Below, one piece after another: positions 54,445 through 63,900 of a stretch of DNA of 64,000 nt (the stretch's first letter is position 1; each line of letters starts with the position of its first letter). This DNA comes from an uncultured Acidimicrobiaceae bacterium (GTDB lineage: Bacteria > Actinomycetota > Acidimicrobiia > Acidimicrobiales > RAAP-2): contig CAVWBB010000026.1 of NCBI GenBank assembly GCA_963753115.1, positions 439 to 64,438 on the forward strand, in the 5' to 3' direction. The position numbers were made by a program, and so were the translations under genes. Under the pieces are notes generated by a model. It was not told where the DNA came from, searched no databases, and saw only the letters and a program-made list of their open reading frames with translations.

Positions 54445-54894
54445 GTGACGTCCGACGCGCTGAGCACCGAGCCCGACCCCGTCCGGGCGTTGGAGCTGGC
54501 CGACTTCCTCCTCATTGCCGAGGCGGTGCTGGCCGTGCCGGCCAAGCGCATCGCCGAGGAGTCCAGCCTCCATCTGGCCGATTCGGCGCTCCACGCTCCC
54601 CTGGCCTGCTTCGGCGGAGAGGACTTCTACCCGGACTTCCCGACGAAGGCGGCCGTGCTGTGTGCGCACCTGGTCAAGAACCATCCCCTCAAGGACGGCA
54701 ATGCCCCCGTCGCTCTCGTCGTCACCATCGAGTTCTGTCAACGGAACGGCCATCCGTGGTCGCCTCCGCCCGGCGACCACGACGGTGCGGTCACGGCAGC
54801 ACGCTTCTTCGAGTTGGCGGCCTCGCCTCTGACCGACACGACGATCAAGGAGTTGGCGAACTGGATCGCCGATCGCATCGGCATGCGCGCCTGA
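54445..54894 (+). CDS. Fic/Doc-family (death-on-curing) toxin-like protein with degenerate active-site motif
   Basis: LADSALHAPLACFGGEDFYPDFPTKAAVLCAHLVKNHPLKDGNAPVAL matches the Doc layout. The canonical HxFxDGNKR reads HPLKDGNAP here. Confidence 0.7.
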   Translation: MTSDALSTEPDPVRALELADFLLIAEAVLAVPAKRIAEESSLHLADSALHAPLACFGGEDFYPDFPTKAAVLCAHLVKNHPLKDGNAPVALVVTIEFCQRNGHPWSPPPGDHDGAVTAARFFELAASPLTDTTIKELANWIADRIGMRA

Positions 54895-55036
54895 TGCGCG
54901 GGCTCGTCGGCTGTCCCTTGGGAGCTCGCTGAGAACCCGCCGGGACTCGCTGAAAACCGTAACCACATCTGCGTCGAGTTCAGGCAGAGGCGCCACGCCT
55001 CGGCGCCGACGCTGCGGCAGACCGAGATCCAAGATC

Positions 55037-56005
55037 CTAGAAGTAGATGATCTCCTTGGCCCGCTCGGTGACCTCGTCGAGGTCGCCGGTCCAGGCCCCG
55101 GTCGAGAGGTACTTCCAGCCGCCGTCGGCCGAGACCACCACAATGGAGGCCGGCTCACCCTCAGGCAGCGATGCCGCGCACTTGACGGCCCCCGCCAAGG
55201 CCGCGCCCGTCGAGATGCCGGCGAAGATCCCCACGTCAGTCAAGCGCCGCGTCCACTCGATCGACTCGCGTGGCCGCACCACCGTCTTGCGGTCCAACAG
55301 CTCGGCGCCGCCGAGATTCTCGAAGATGGGCGGGATATAGCCGTCGTCGAGGTTGCGCAGCCCGTCCACCATTTCGCCGGCCGGCGGCTCGACGGCCCAG
55401 ATCTGCACGGCGTCACCGAGCTTCTCGCGCAGGAAGCGCCCGACTCCCAGCAACGTCCCCGACGTACCAAGCCCAGCCACGAAGTGCGTGATGGAGGGGC
55501 AGTCACGCAGGATCTCGGGCCCCGTCCCCTCGTAGTGCGCCTTCGGGTTGGCCGGGTTGCCGTACTGGTAGAGAAAGACCCACTCGGGGTGTTCCTGCGC
55601 CAGGGCCCGGGCCATGCGGACGGCGCCGTTCGAGCCTTCGCTGCCCGGTGACTCCATGATCTCCGCCCCCCACAGCTCGAGGAGCTGGCGACGCTCCACC
55701 GACACGTTGGTCGGCATGACCACCTTGAGCGTGTAGCCCTTGACCTTGCAGACCATGGCGAGGCCGATGCCCGTGTTCCCCGACGTCGGCTCCATCAGCA
55801 CCTGGTCGGGCTTGCCCGGCACCAACACACCAGCACGCTCGGCCTCCTCGACCAGAGAAAGCGCAACCCGGTCCTTCACCGATCCGCCCGGGTTCTGTCC
55901 CTCGAGCTTCATGAAGATGTGCGCCGAGGGATTCGGGCTGAGCGCGCTGATGTCGATCATCGGCGTGTTGCCGATCAGGTCGAGCACGGACGGGTACAAC
56001 GTCAT
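55037..56005 (-). CDS. cysM: cysteine synthase (PLP-dependent, CysM/CysK family)
   Basis: PLP-lysine context NPGGSVKDR and GTGGT-like loop GLGTSGTL. Gene order mec-cysO-cysM supports CysM. Confidence 0.85.
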   Translation of the reverse strand: MTLYPSVLDLIGNTPMIDISALSPNPSAHIFMKLEGQNPGGSVKDRVALSLVEEAERAGVLVPGKPDQVLMEPTSGNTGIGLAMVCKVKGYTLKVVMPTNVSVERRQLLELWGAEIMESPGSEGSNGAVRMARALAQEHPEWVFLYQYGNPANPKAHYEGTGPEILRDCPSITHFVAGLGTSGTLLGVGRFLREKLGDAVQIWAVEPPAGEMVDGLRNLDDGYIPPIFENLGGAELLDRKTVVRPRESIEWTRRLTDVGIFAGISTGAALAGAVKCAASLPEGEPASIVVVSADGGWKYLSTGAWTGDLDEVTERAKEIIYF

Positions 56006-56025
56006 GCGGTCAGACTCCGAAGGAC

Positions 56026-56301
56026 TCAGCCCCCGGCCACGGCCGGAAGGATCGACACCTCGGCACCGTCGGCGACGGGCGTGTCCAGGCCCTGCAGGTA
56101 CCGCACGTCATCGTCGTCGACGTAAATGTTGACGAACTTGTGCAGGGCGCCCTCGTCCGTCAGGACCTGACCCGACATGCCCGGATACTCGGCGACGAGC
56201 TTGGAGAGGACCTCGCCGATGGTGGCCCCGTCCACGCTGACGACGGCAGAACCGCCGGCATGGCTGCGTAGAACGGTCGGTAGGCGGACTTCGACGGCCA
56301 C
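56026..56301 (-). CDS. cysO: MoaD/ThiS-family sulfur-carrier protein
   Basis: 91 aa ending in ...AVAGG (C-terminal Gly-Gly). GGGAGG lies 5 nt upstream of GTG 56301. Confidence 0.8.
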   Translation of the reverse strand: MAVEVRLPTVLRSHAGGSAVVSVDGATIGEVLSKLVAEYPGMSGQVLTDEGALHKFVNIYVDDDDVRYLQGLDTPVADGAEVSILPAVAGG

Positions 56302-56410
56302 GGGGCCTCCCTCGCTGAGTGTCGGCTGCTCTGCCGGCCACCCCCGTAGGCCGGCCGGTCCGATTGTTGACTGATTCGGTAACGATTCTACAAGGAGCCA
56401 GGCCAGGCCC

Positions 56411-56845
56411 CTACCCGGGCCCCTCCGCCGTCAGGATCTCGAGCCCGGGCACCTCGACCGGCTCCTCGGTGATGGTGCCCTCGCGGATCAGGTAGCTGCG
56501 GACGACCGGCAGCGTGTCCCGGAGCGAGACGAGCACGTAGTGCCAGCCGGGATCGGTCGCCTGGGCCACATCGGTCGGCGAGGGGTAGGCGTCGGTGTGG
56601 GTGTGGGAGTGGAACACGCCCATGATGTCGGCGCCGAGATCCTGGGCTGCCCGGTCCACCCGCAGCATCTCCCGGGGGTCGATCTCGTAGACCATGGCGG
56701 ACGCCGCCGCGTTGGCGGTGAGGAAGAGGTGGGTCGCCTCGTCTCCCCCGTAGGACCCGACCAGGAGGCCACAGGCCTCGTCGGGCAGACCGGCCAGGCA
56801 ATGGGCGACCATCTCCATGTAGATGGTGCGGGTCAGGCGAAGCAC
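56411..56845 (-). CDS. mec: JAMM/MPN+ metalloprotease (Mec-like)
   Basis: EACGLLVG and HSHTHTDAYPSPTD form the E...HxH...S..D JAMM motif. Confidence 0.8.
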   Translation of the reverse strand: MLRLTRTIYMEMVAHCLAGLPDEACGLLVGSYGGDEATHLFLTANAAASAMVYEIDPREMLRVDRAAQDLGADIMGVFHSHTHTDAYPSPTDVAQATDPGWHYVLVSLRDTLPVVRSYLIREGTITEEPVEVPGLEILTAEGPG

Positions 56846-56847
56846 CC

Positions 56848-57393
56848 ATGAAGGGTACCCTCGTACCCCTCATGGCCAGGGCGAAGAAGCAGATTGCCAA
56901 GCGGGCCGCCGCCCGCGAGGACCGCAGTGGCGACCGCACGGTCGCCACGAACAGGCGCGCCCGGCGCGAGTACGAATTCCTCGAGACGTTCGAGGCGGGC
57001 ATCGTCCTCCAGGGCTCCGAGGTCAAGTCCCTCCGGGAGGGCAAAGCCCAGCTGAGCGAGGCCTACGCCCGGGTCGACGACGGGGAGCTCTGGCTCTTCC
57101 AGCTCCACATCCCGCCCTGGCAGTTCGCCACCGGCGTCGGGGCGCATGATCCGGACCGGAAGCGCAAGCTGCTGGTGCACCGCGCACAGATCGACGAGCT
57201 GATGGGCAAGACCCAGCAGCAGTCACTGACCCTGATTCCGGCGTCGCTCTATTTCCGGGACGGCAGGGCCAAGGTCCAGCTGGCCCTGGCCAAGGGCCGC
57301 CGCCTCTACGACAAGCGCAACGTGATCATGGCTCGGGACGCCGAACGGGAGGCCGCCCGGGCCTCCAAGGAGATGGGTCGCTGGACCGACTAG
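56848..57393 (+). CDS. smpB: SsrA-binding protein
   Basis: NRRARREYEFLETFEAGIVLQGSEVKSLR and DPDRKRKLLVHRAQI motifs. ATG 56872 is an alternative start. Confidence 0.9.
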   Translation: MKGTLVPLMARAKKQIAKRAAAREDRSGDRTVATNRRARREYEFLETFEAGIVLQGSEVKSLREGKAQLSEAYARVDDGELWLFQLHIPPWQFATGVGAHDPDRKRKLLVHRAQIDELMGKTQQQSLTLIPASLYFRDGRAKVQLALAKGRRLYDKRNVIMARDAEREAARASKEMGRWTD

Positions 57394-57412
57394 CAGCGCC
57401 GTCTCACCCCCG

Positions 57413-57442
57413 TCGAACAACCGGGCGCCGAGGCCGTAGAAT
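57413..57442 (+). promoter_or_regulatory. candidate ssrA promoter (TCGAAC - 18 nt - TAGAAT)
   Basis: TAGAAT at 57437-57442 lies 37 nt upstream of the mature 5' end. This implies a short RNase P-processed leader. Confidence 0.4.
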
Positions 57443-57478
57443 GGAGAGGCCGGCCAAGGTGGTCGGCAACCCAGACAT

Positions 57479-57826
57479 GGGGGTGATTGGTTTCGACTTC
57501 GGTCGTCAAGGTAGGAGAAGCGAGCCGTGGTCTCCGGAACCACGTTAAAGAGCCGGAACCAAAAACAAACGCCGAGCCTCAGCTCGCGATCGCTGCTTAA
57601 GTAGCGACGTCCAGCCGGTCCCCGCCCTACGGATCGGATCTTGGGCGTCATTCAGTAGGGCTTACTCAATGGCTCACACCAACTGATCATTGAGGACACT
57701 TTTGTTGGTTACGGGGTGGCACTGCCTGCCGGCAGAAGTGCCACCCTCGACAACCTGATGCCGGCTGCGCTCGGAGAAGGCCTATTGCGGCTCCGGAGGA
57801 CGCGGGTTCGATTCCCGCCACCTCCA
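57479..57826 (+). ncRNA. ssrA: tmRNA
   Basis: 5' GGGGGTGATTGGTTTCGAC pairs with 3' CACCTCC plus discriminator A, with G3:U in the acceptor stem. T-arm GGACGCGGGTTCGATTCCCGCC. Tag frame GCC GAG CCT CAG CTC GCG ATC GCT GCT TAA at 57571-57600 gives AEPQLAIAA; the resume codon is uncertain. CCA is not encoded. Confidence 0.9.
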
Positions 57827-58160
57827 CGAGCGGTCTGGCTGCATACGTGCAGGTCGGAAGGCTGGTGGAGGTGCGCCAACACCTCGCAGGACCGGCAGGA
57901 CACAAAAAGACACGCGCACCGTGTCCTTGGGTCGGAGTTGCGTCGTGCCATCGGCGACCGCGGAGCCTTCCGGAAAAACCCGTTCCTTGATCAGGTAGAG
58001 GAACTGCTCACAGCTCGCCGGTCGACTCCTCGACGAGCAGGAGACCTCGGACCCAGGTTTCGAAAGGAATCGGGGTCCGTGGGGCCCGGCGCCGACGGCC
58101 GCTCGGGGCCGGAGGCGCCGAATGCGCCCTCTGCCGAAGATTTCTTTCGAGAAATTTTTG

Positions 58161-58230
58161 TGTCCCGCTGTGTCCCCCTGTCACTCGCTGTGTCTCGCTG
58201 GCACACGCTGGGTACCGCTGGATACCGCTT
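58161..58230 (+). repeat. seven tandem 10-bp units with invariant CGCTG phase (iteron-like), preceded by an AT-rich inverted repeat
   Basis: The units are TGTCCCGCTG TGTCCCCCTG TCACTCGCTG TGTCTCGCTG GCACACGCTG GGTACCGCTG GATACCGCTT. ATTTCT/AGAAAT inverted repeat at 58140-58155. Confidence 0.8.
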
Positions 58231-58243
58231 CTGACCTGGGACG

Positions 58244-59607
58244 TTGTCACAGCGAGGCTCCACCGTGGCCGGGATGGATCCCGACGACCACGCCATGCTC
58301 GAAGCGCTCGTCCGCCACGGGCGGCGACACCAGATCGACGACTTCTTGGCTCAGGGCGACCGCTGCGGTTGGTGCCGGTGCCCGATCCGGTTGCGTGGCT
58401 TCGTCGTCTCCGGACGCCCCGGCGAGCAGGCCGTGACGTTCTCGAGCGCCGCGCTCCCAGACGGCGTCGTCCTCAAGGCCTGCGGTTCACGCTCCGAGAT
58501 CCGGTGCCCGTCGTGCGCCGCCATCTATCGGGGGATTCCCGCCACCTCGTCCGGGCCGGGCTCGAGGGCGGCAAGGGCGTCGACGAGGCAATTGCCCTGC
58601 ATCCGGCGGTGTTCCTGACCCTGACGGCTCCGGGCTTCGGCTCCGTCCACACGGCTTCGGGTGTGTCCCCGTGTCACGCCGGCGGTGTCCGGGCGCTGTG
58701 CGTTCATCGCCGACCAACGGCGTGCTCTGCAGCGCACGGGCGCCGTGACGAGCTGGTCGGCACTCCCCTCTGCCCCGATTGCTACGACTACGAGGGCGCC
58801 GTGCTGCAGAACGCGAGCACCCCTGAGCTATGGCGCCGCACGATGATCTACGCCCAGCGCCAGCTCGCCGCTGTCCTCGGCCGCACGCAGGCCGATGCCG
58901 GCCGGATGGTGCGTCTCTCCTTCTGCCGGGTGGCCGAGTTCCAGCGCCGAGGCGTCGTGCACCTGCACGCCGTCGTCCGGGCGGACGGCCCCGACGGTTC
59001 GATCCCGCCGGTCGACGCCGGACAGCTCGCCATCTCCTGCTTGCAGGCGGCCAATGCGGTCACCGTGGTGCATCCGAAGGGATCCGCGACATGGGGCTCC
59101 CAGGTCGACGTGCGAGTGCTCGAGCATGGTGACGAGCGGGCACGCCGCGTGGCCATCTACGTCGCCAAATACGCCACGAAAACAGCGAGCGACGACCCTT
59201 GCCTCGATGCTCCCGTCCACTCGCTCGAAGACTTGGCCCACCGTCGGCTGCCCGATCACCCACATCGCATGGTCGCCGCAGCGCTCGAGCTCGGGCGGAT
59301 CCCGAGTTCGGCCGCCTCAACCTTACACAGCACGCGCACCGATTCGGGTACGGGGGCCACTTCCTGACCAAGTCGCGCAGCTACTCGACCACGTTCGGCG
59401 CTCTGCGCAATGCACGGGTTCAGTGGCGCGAGGCCCGGCGATTCGGAGGCGACGTGCCGGAAGACCATTCCTCTCGAGGGTCATTGGGAAGCCATCGGAG
59501 CCGGCTGGACCAACAAGGGTGAATCGCTCTTCGCCGCCTATCAGCAACGGCAGCGGGCGGAGGAGAAGAAGGAAGCGGAGTTCGAGTGGTACTCCCGGTC
59601 GGAATAG
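58244..59607 (+). pseudogene. pSAM2-type replication initiator (RepSA-like) with at least three frameshifts
   Basis: Conserved blocks occur in three frames: CPSCAAIYRG | DSRHLVRAGLEGGKGV...LTLTAPGFGSVH...PLCPDCYDYEGAVL...GVVHLHAVVRADG...YVAKYATK | DPEFGRLNLTQHAHRFGYGGHFLTKSRSYSTTFGALR | IPLEGHWEAIGAGW. The first switch is in a G5 run at 58530-58534. Confidence 0.75.
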
Positions 59608-59686
59608 CACTCTGCTCAGAGGCCAAACCGCCGAAGGCGGTGCGGCAGGCCTTTGCCGTGCCACGACCTAGCTCGAGCAGGCCGGC

Positions 59687-60866
59687 ATGAGCTCCATCGA
59701 CAAACAGCCCAACGGACGCTGGCGGGCCCGTTACCGAGACAAGGCCGGCCGTTCCCATTCCAAGACGTTCGACCGCAAGGCGGATGCGCAGAGCTATCTC
59801 GACGACGTCGGCCACGACATCCGCCGAGGCGAGTGGATCGATCCGAAGCTCGCACGCACTCCCTTCGAGCAGTGGGCCGATCGGTGGTGGGCGACAACGA
59901 TGAAACTGCGCCCGACCACTCGTCGTGGGTACTGGGGCATGCTCCAGCGGCATGTCCGCCCCCATTTCGAGGGATGGCCATTGTCGGAGATCAGCTACAT
60001 GGACGTCGAAGAGTTCATCACGCATCTCCTCGGGCAAGGTCTCTCGCCGAAGTACACAAAGGACTGTGTCTCTGTCCTCTCGCTTGTGATGAAGAGCGCA
60101 GTGCGGGCGAATTTGCGCAAGGACAATCCGGCTGCCGACCACAACATCCCACTCCCTCGCCGCAAGCTCCACGAGGGCGACGTCCTGAACATGGAACAGA
60201 TCCACCAACTCGTGGCGCATGTGAAGGATCCTACAAGCCCGCCGTGTGGCTCCTCATGTTGGCAGGGCTCCGACCGGCCGAGCTCTGCGGGCTGCGGGTG
60301 TGTGACGTCGACTTCACCAAGCACGCAATCCATGTGAGCCAAACTGTGCTGCCGGTACACTCATTCGACACTGAGGGCTTCGGGCTCGTAACTGGACCTC
60401 CGAAGACATCGGCCGGCGATCGTCGCATCCCCATTCCAGCTTGGCTCTGCAACGATCTGGCGGCGATGGTCGACGCTCGAGACGTAGCGGCGGCGGAAAG
60501 CGCAGTTCGGGGAACAGGGAGCCCCTATTCCAGACCCGCTATGGCAATCCACTCAATCGAGACAAACTGCGTGAGAAGGTGATCCGGCCCGGTCTCCGCG
60601 CAGCGGGTCTGCCCGAGACTTTCCGCACCTACGATCTGCGGCATTCACACGCGTCGGTGATGATCGACCTCGGCGTCAACCTGCTCGCCCTGGCACAGCG
60701 GATGGGGCACAGCGACCCGGCGATGACGCTTCGCCTCTATGGCCACCTGTTCGAAGGGACCCAGGTGGAGCTCAGCGAGAAGATAGACGAGCTGCGAGCA
60801 GTGACCGAGCCGGCGGACGGCACCGTGATCCCGTTCACGAGAGCCGGAGCGAACTCGAGCCCGTAG
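59687..60866 (+). pseudogene. tyrosine recombinase/integrase with two frameshifts
   Basis: SAM-like N-domain (GRWRARYRDKAGRSHSKTF). Catalytic domain LAGLRPAELCGLRVCDVD...TYDLRHSHAS...GHSDPAMTLRLYGHL has R, HxxR and Y present. Frame switches near 60231 and 60505. Confidence 0.8.
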
Positions 60867-60928
60867 TGGCCGGAAATCGGGGCATCACCGAACCGTGTTA
60901 GGCGATAGGGGACGCGTCTGAACCGGAC

Positions 60929-63900
60929 TTAAAAGTCGGCGAGGAGTGCCTCTGCCCGTTTTGTGAGCCCAGCGAAGCCGTACTCGGTAGCCGTGGCGGC
61001 AGCACTCGCCACCAGATCTCGCCCCCGATCGAGATCCCCGTCATAACGGCGAGCCAGGCAGAGGTCGGCGCGGTCGAGCTGGCCGAGGGCGATGAAGAAC
61101 GGAGCTTCGAGTCGTGTGTGGATGTCGTGAGCGATGCCGAACCACTCCTCAGCCTGGTCGTAGGAGCCGAGCAGGGTCGCTGCCGCGGGCGAGCGGTCGG
61201 GCGATAGCACCGTGGACGATCGTGCTCCCCGGAACAAGTACTTGGGTGGCGTACGGCGAAACGCGGTCAACGAGGGTGCTGGCCGCGCTGCTATCTCCGA
61301 CGATGGCCGCTGCTTCGAGGTAGCGGCCCATGCCATGTAGCCACAAGGAGTCATAGGGAAGTTCAAAGCCGAGCGCCGCCTCGACGGCGAGGTTCTCGCG
61401 TGCCTCCTCGACTCGTCCGAGCTCGCACAACATGAAGGGAATTGCAACGCGGAGGGCGGCGACGGAGGGGTTGGCTCGGGCGATTTCGAGGAAGAAGTCC
61501 ATGATTTCGTCTAGGCGCCCCTGCATTCGCCGCAGGTTTGCCAGTGTGGAGCTGTAGGCGGGGTATGCGTTTGCAGCGCCCGCAGCAAATTTTTTGCCAG
61601 CTCCAACAAAGCATCGTTGGCAACCTCAGCCTCGTCAGGTGCAGCAGGCCAGGGCGACTCGACAGACTTGCGTTAGTGCCACCTCAAACCGCGAGGTACG
61701 GCAAACCGATCTGCTGTGCGAGATTGTCCATCTCGGCTATGGCCGAGTCGGCTCCCACAATGTCGCATTGCCCGTAGCGGACTCCTACGAGGCGGAGGCG
61801 GGTGCGAATCCGAAGGACGGGATCAGCAAGCCGGTCGGCGAGCGCCACCGCTCGTTCTGTGTCGTCGGATATCCTGAGCGAGTCGTTCGGGGGTCCCGAG
61901 AGTCATCTGGGTCGCCACGACGACATCTAGGAAGGCAGCGGCGTCGTCATCCGAGCGGGAACCATGTCGAGAGCCTCGAGTGCGAGGTCATGGGCGCGTC
62001 CGCCATTCGAGGTTCGCGTAGTAGCGGGCCCGGCGAACGCGGCTAAGAGGGCAAGGCGTATCGGACTGGATTGGGAACCGGCAGGGCGCCGAGGGCGGCT
62101 GCCCGCCACACGCTTAACATTGTCGTTCGCACTCGATTCCTCGCCGGAGGGGAAAGAGAGGTGCGGCTCGAATGAGCAGATTCGGGTTGTCGAGCTGTTC
62201 GGCCAGCTCGGCCCATCGGAGCAGCGTCGCCGGGATATTCGGGGATTCTGGCCAGTCGTTGGGCCGAGCCGAGATCGGTGAGCACCTCTGCCTGTGTTTG
62301 CTTGTCGGGGTGCGCCCTTGTCGATCGAGAAGGTCGAGGGCCTGTTGGTACCAACGGATGGCATCCTCGGGGGCCAACGCATCACGAGCAGCGTCGCCTG
62401 CCTGAGCGCACGTACATCAGCGCCTTGTCCAGCTCGCTTAGTTGGGTTGCGGCAACCCAGTGCCGGGCAAGCTCGGCCAGCGTGGCCGGATCGCTCGGTA
62501 TGTGGGCGGCGTCTCAATCGCCTCAGCCACTCGTTGGTGCGCTCGTTGGCGTCGGGGGCCGCTCAACTCGTCGTAGAGGCTGTGCTGGATCAGTGCGTGG
62601 GCGAAGCGGTATCCCGCTGACGTGCCAGATTCGACGAGCACGGCGGCCGCGACCGCCGCATCAAGGAGGTCGAGCAGGGGTTCCTCGCCCACCTCGCTTA
62701 CCTCTGCAGAGGAGGGACGGGTCGGAGTCGGGGCCGATGACGGCGGCAGAGACGCAGGACCCGGCGGGTCTCTGCACCGAGACGTTCCACTCGGCGCCCG
62801 ACCACGTCCCGGACACTCGACGGCAGGCCGAGATCATCGAGGTCACCGCTGACGCTCCAGCGGCCATCTTCGCCCATGACGATTGCCCCGGACTCCCCGA
62901 GGTGGCGGAGCATCTCTCCGGTGAAGAACGGATTGCCATCGGTCTCACGGCGCAATGCATGGGCGAGGCCAGGGCACGCGGTCGTCCAGGTCGTGACCAG
63001 CGGCGGCGGCAAGCAGCTCGACCACCTCGATGTCCTCTGGACCGCGAAGCTGAAGCCGGGTGACGTTGGCTTGCGGTGGAAGTCGGAGAGGAGGCTGGTG
63101 AGGGGGTCACCCTGTTGCAGCTCGGTGTCTCGGTAGGTCACGACGAGGCTCACATCCATCTCGACAGTCGAGGCGGCCGCGTGTCGCAGGAGTTGGAGGC
63201 TCGCAGTGTCGGCCCAGTGGAAGTCGTCGAGCACGACGATGACCGGCGACTGGACTGAGGCAGCGGCAAGGTACGAGGTGACCCCTTCGAGCAGCAGCAA
63301 ACGTTCCATGTCAGGGTCGGTAACCCGATTCCCATCGGCACCGATGTCGGGAACAAGGCGCAACAGGGCTGTCCGCTGGGCCGGGGGCAGTCCGTTCAGC
63401 AGCTCGGAGTCACCGTCGCGGGCGAGGCTCGTGACCACTTCGATCCAGGGCTGGTAGGCGACGCCCAGGTCTTCGTCCGCGTGACCGAACAGCACCACCG
63501 CGCCCTCTGCGTGGGCGGCACGAGCCACCTGTGCAGCCCACGCGGTCTTGCCCATCCCGGCTTCACCGGTCACCGAGCACGAGCTGCGCTCGCTTGGTCG
63601 GAGTGCGCCAGCTTCCTCGCCTCGTGCAACGAGGCCAACTCATTATATCCACGACCGAAGAACCCAAACAGGGCATCGGCGGCTGCACCGACCAGACGGC
63701 CAGGCAGCGGCACCCCGATCACGGTCTCGTCGGGGTCCCAGAGCACCTCCACGGTTGTTACGGGTTCGGGGAGGCCCTTCATGCGCTAGGGGTCCTCGCT
63801 CGACGAAGGTGTGGGTGGCGCTGCGGCCGACATTTAGACGCACCAGGTCGGCGGCCAGGATCTCTCCACCCGATGCTTCTGCGCAGAGGCGGGCTGCTTG

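Larger units (their letters stand above)
57827..60866 (+). mobile_element. decayed integrative (AICE/pSAM2-like) element remnant inserted at the 3' end of ssrA
   Basis: Rep and tyrosine-integrase pseudogenes plus an iteron-like array lie immediately 3' of the tmRNA gene. The region is visibly less GC-rich. The distal att repeat was not found, so the right boundary is uncertain. Confidence 0.5.

Noticed and set aside
54385-55158. 257-aa minus-strand ORF opposite the Doc-like gene
   Set aside because: It has Arg-rich composition with no motifs. The plus-strand frame has full-length Doc-family similarity.
60867-60928. Possible attR (repeat of the tmRNA 3' end) just downstream of the integrase
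   Set aside because: Only a 7-nt GGACGCG match to the tmRNA T-arm region is present, which is too short to be meaningful. No longer copy was seen by eye anywhere in 57.8-64 kb.
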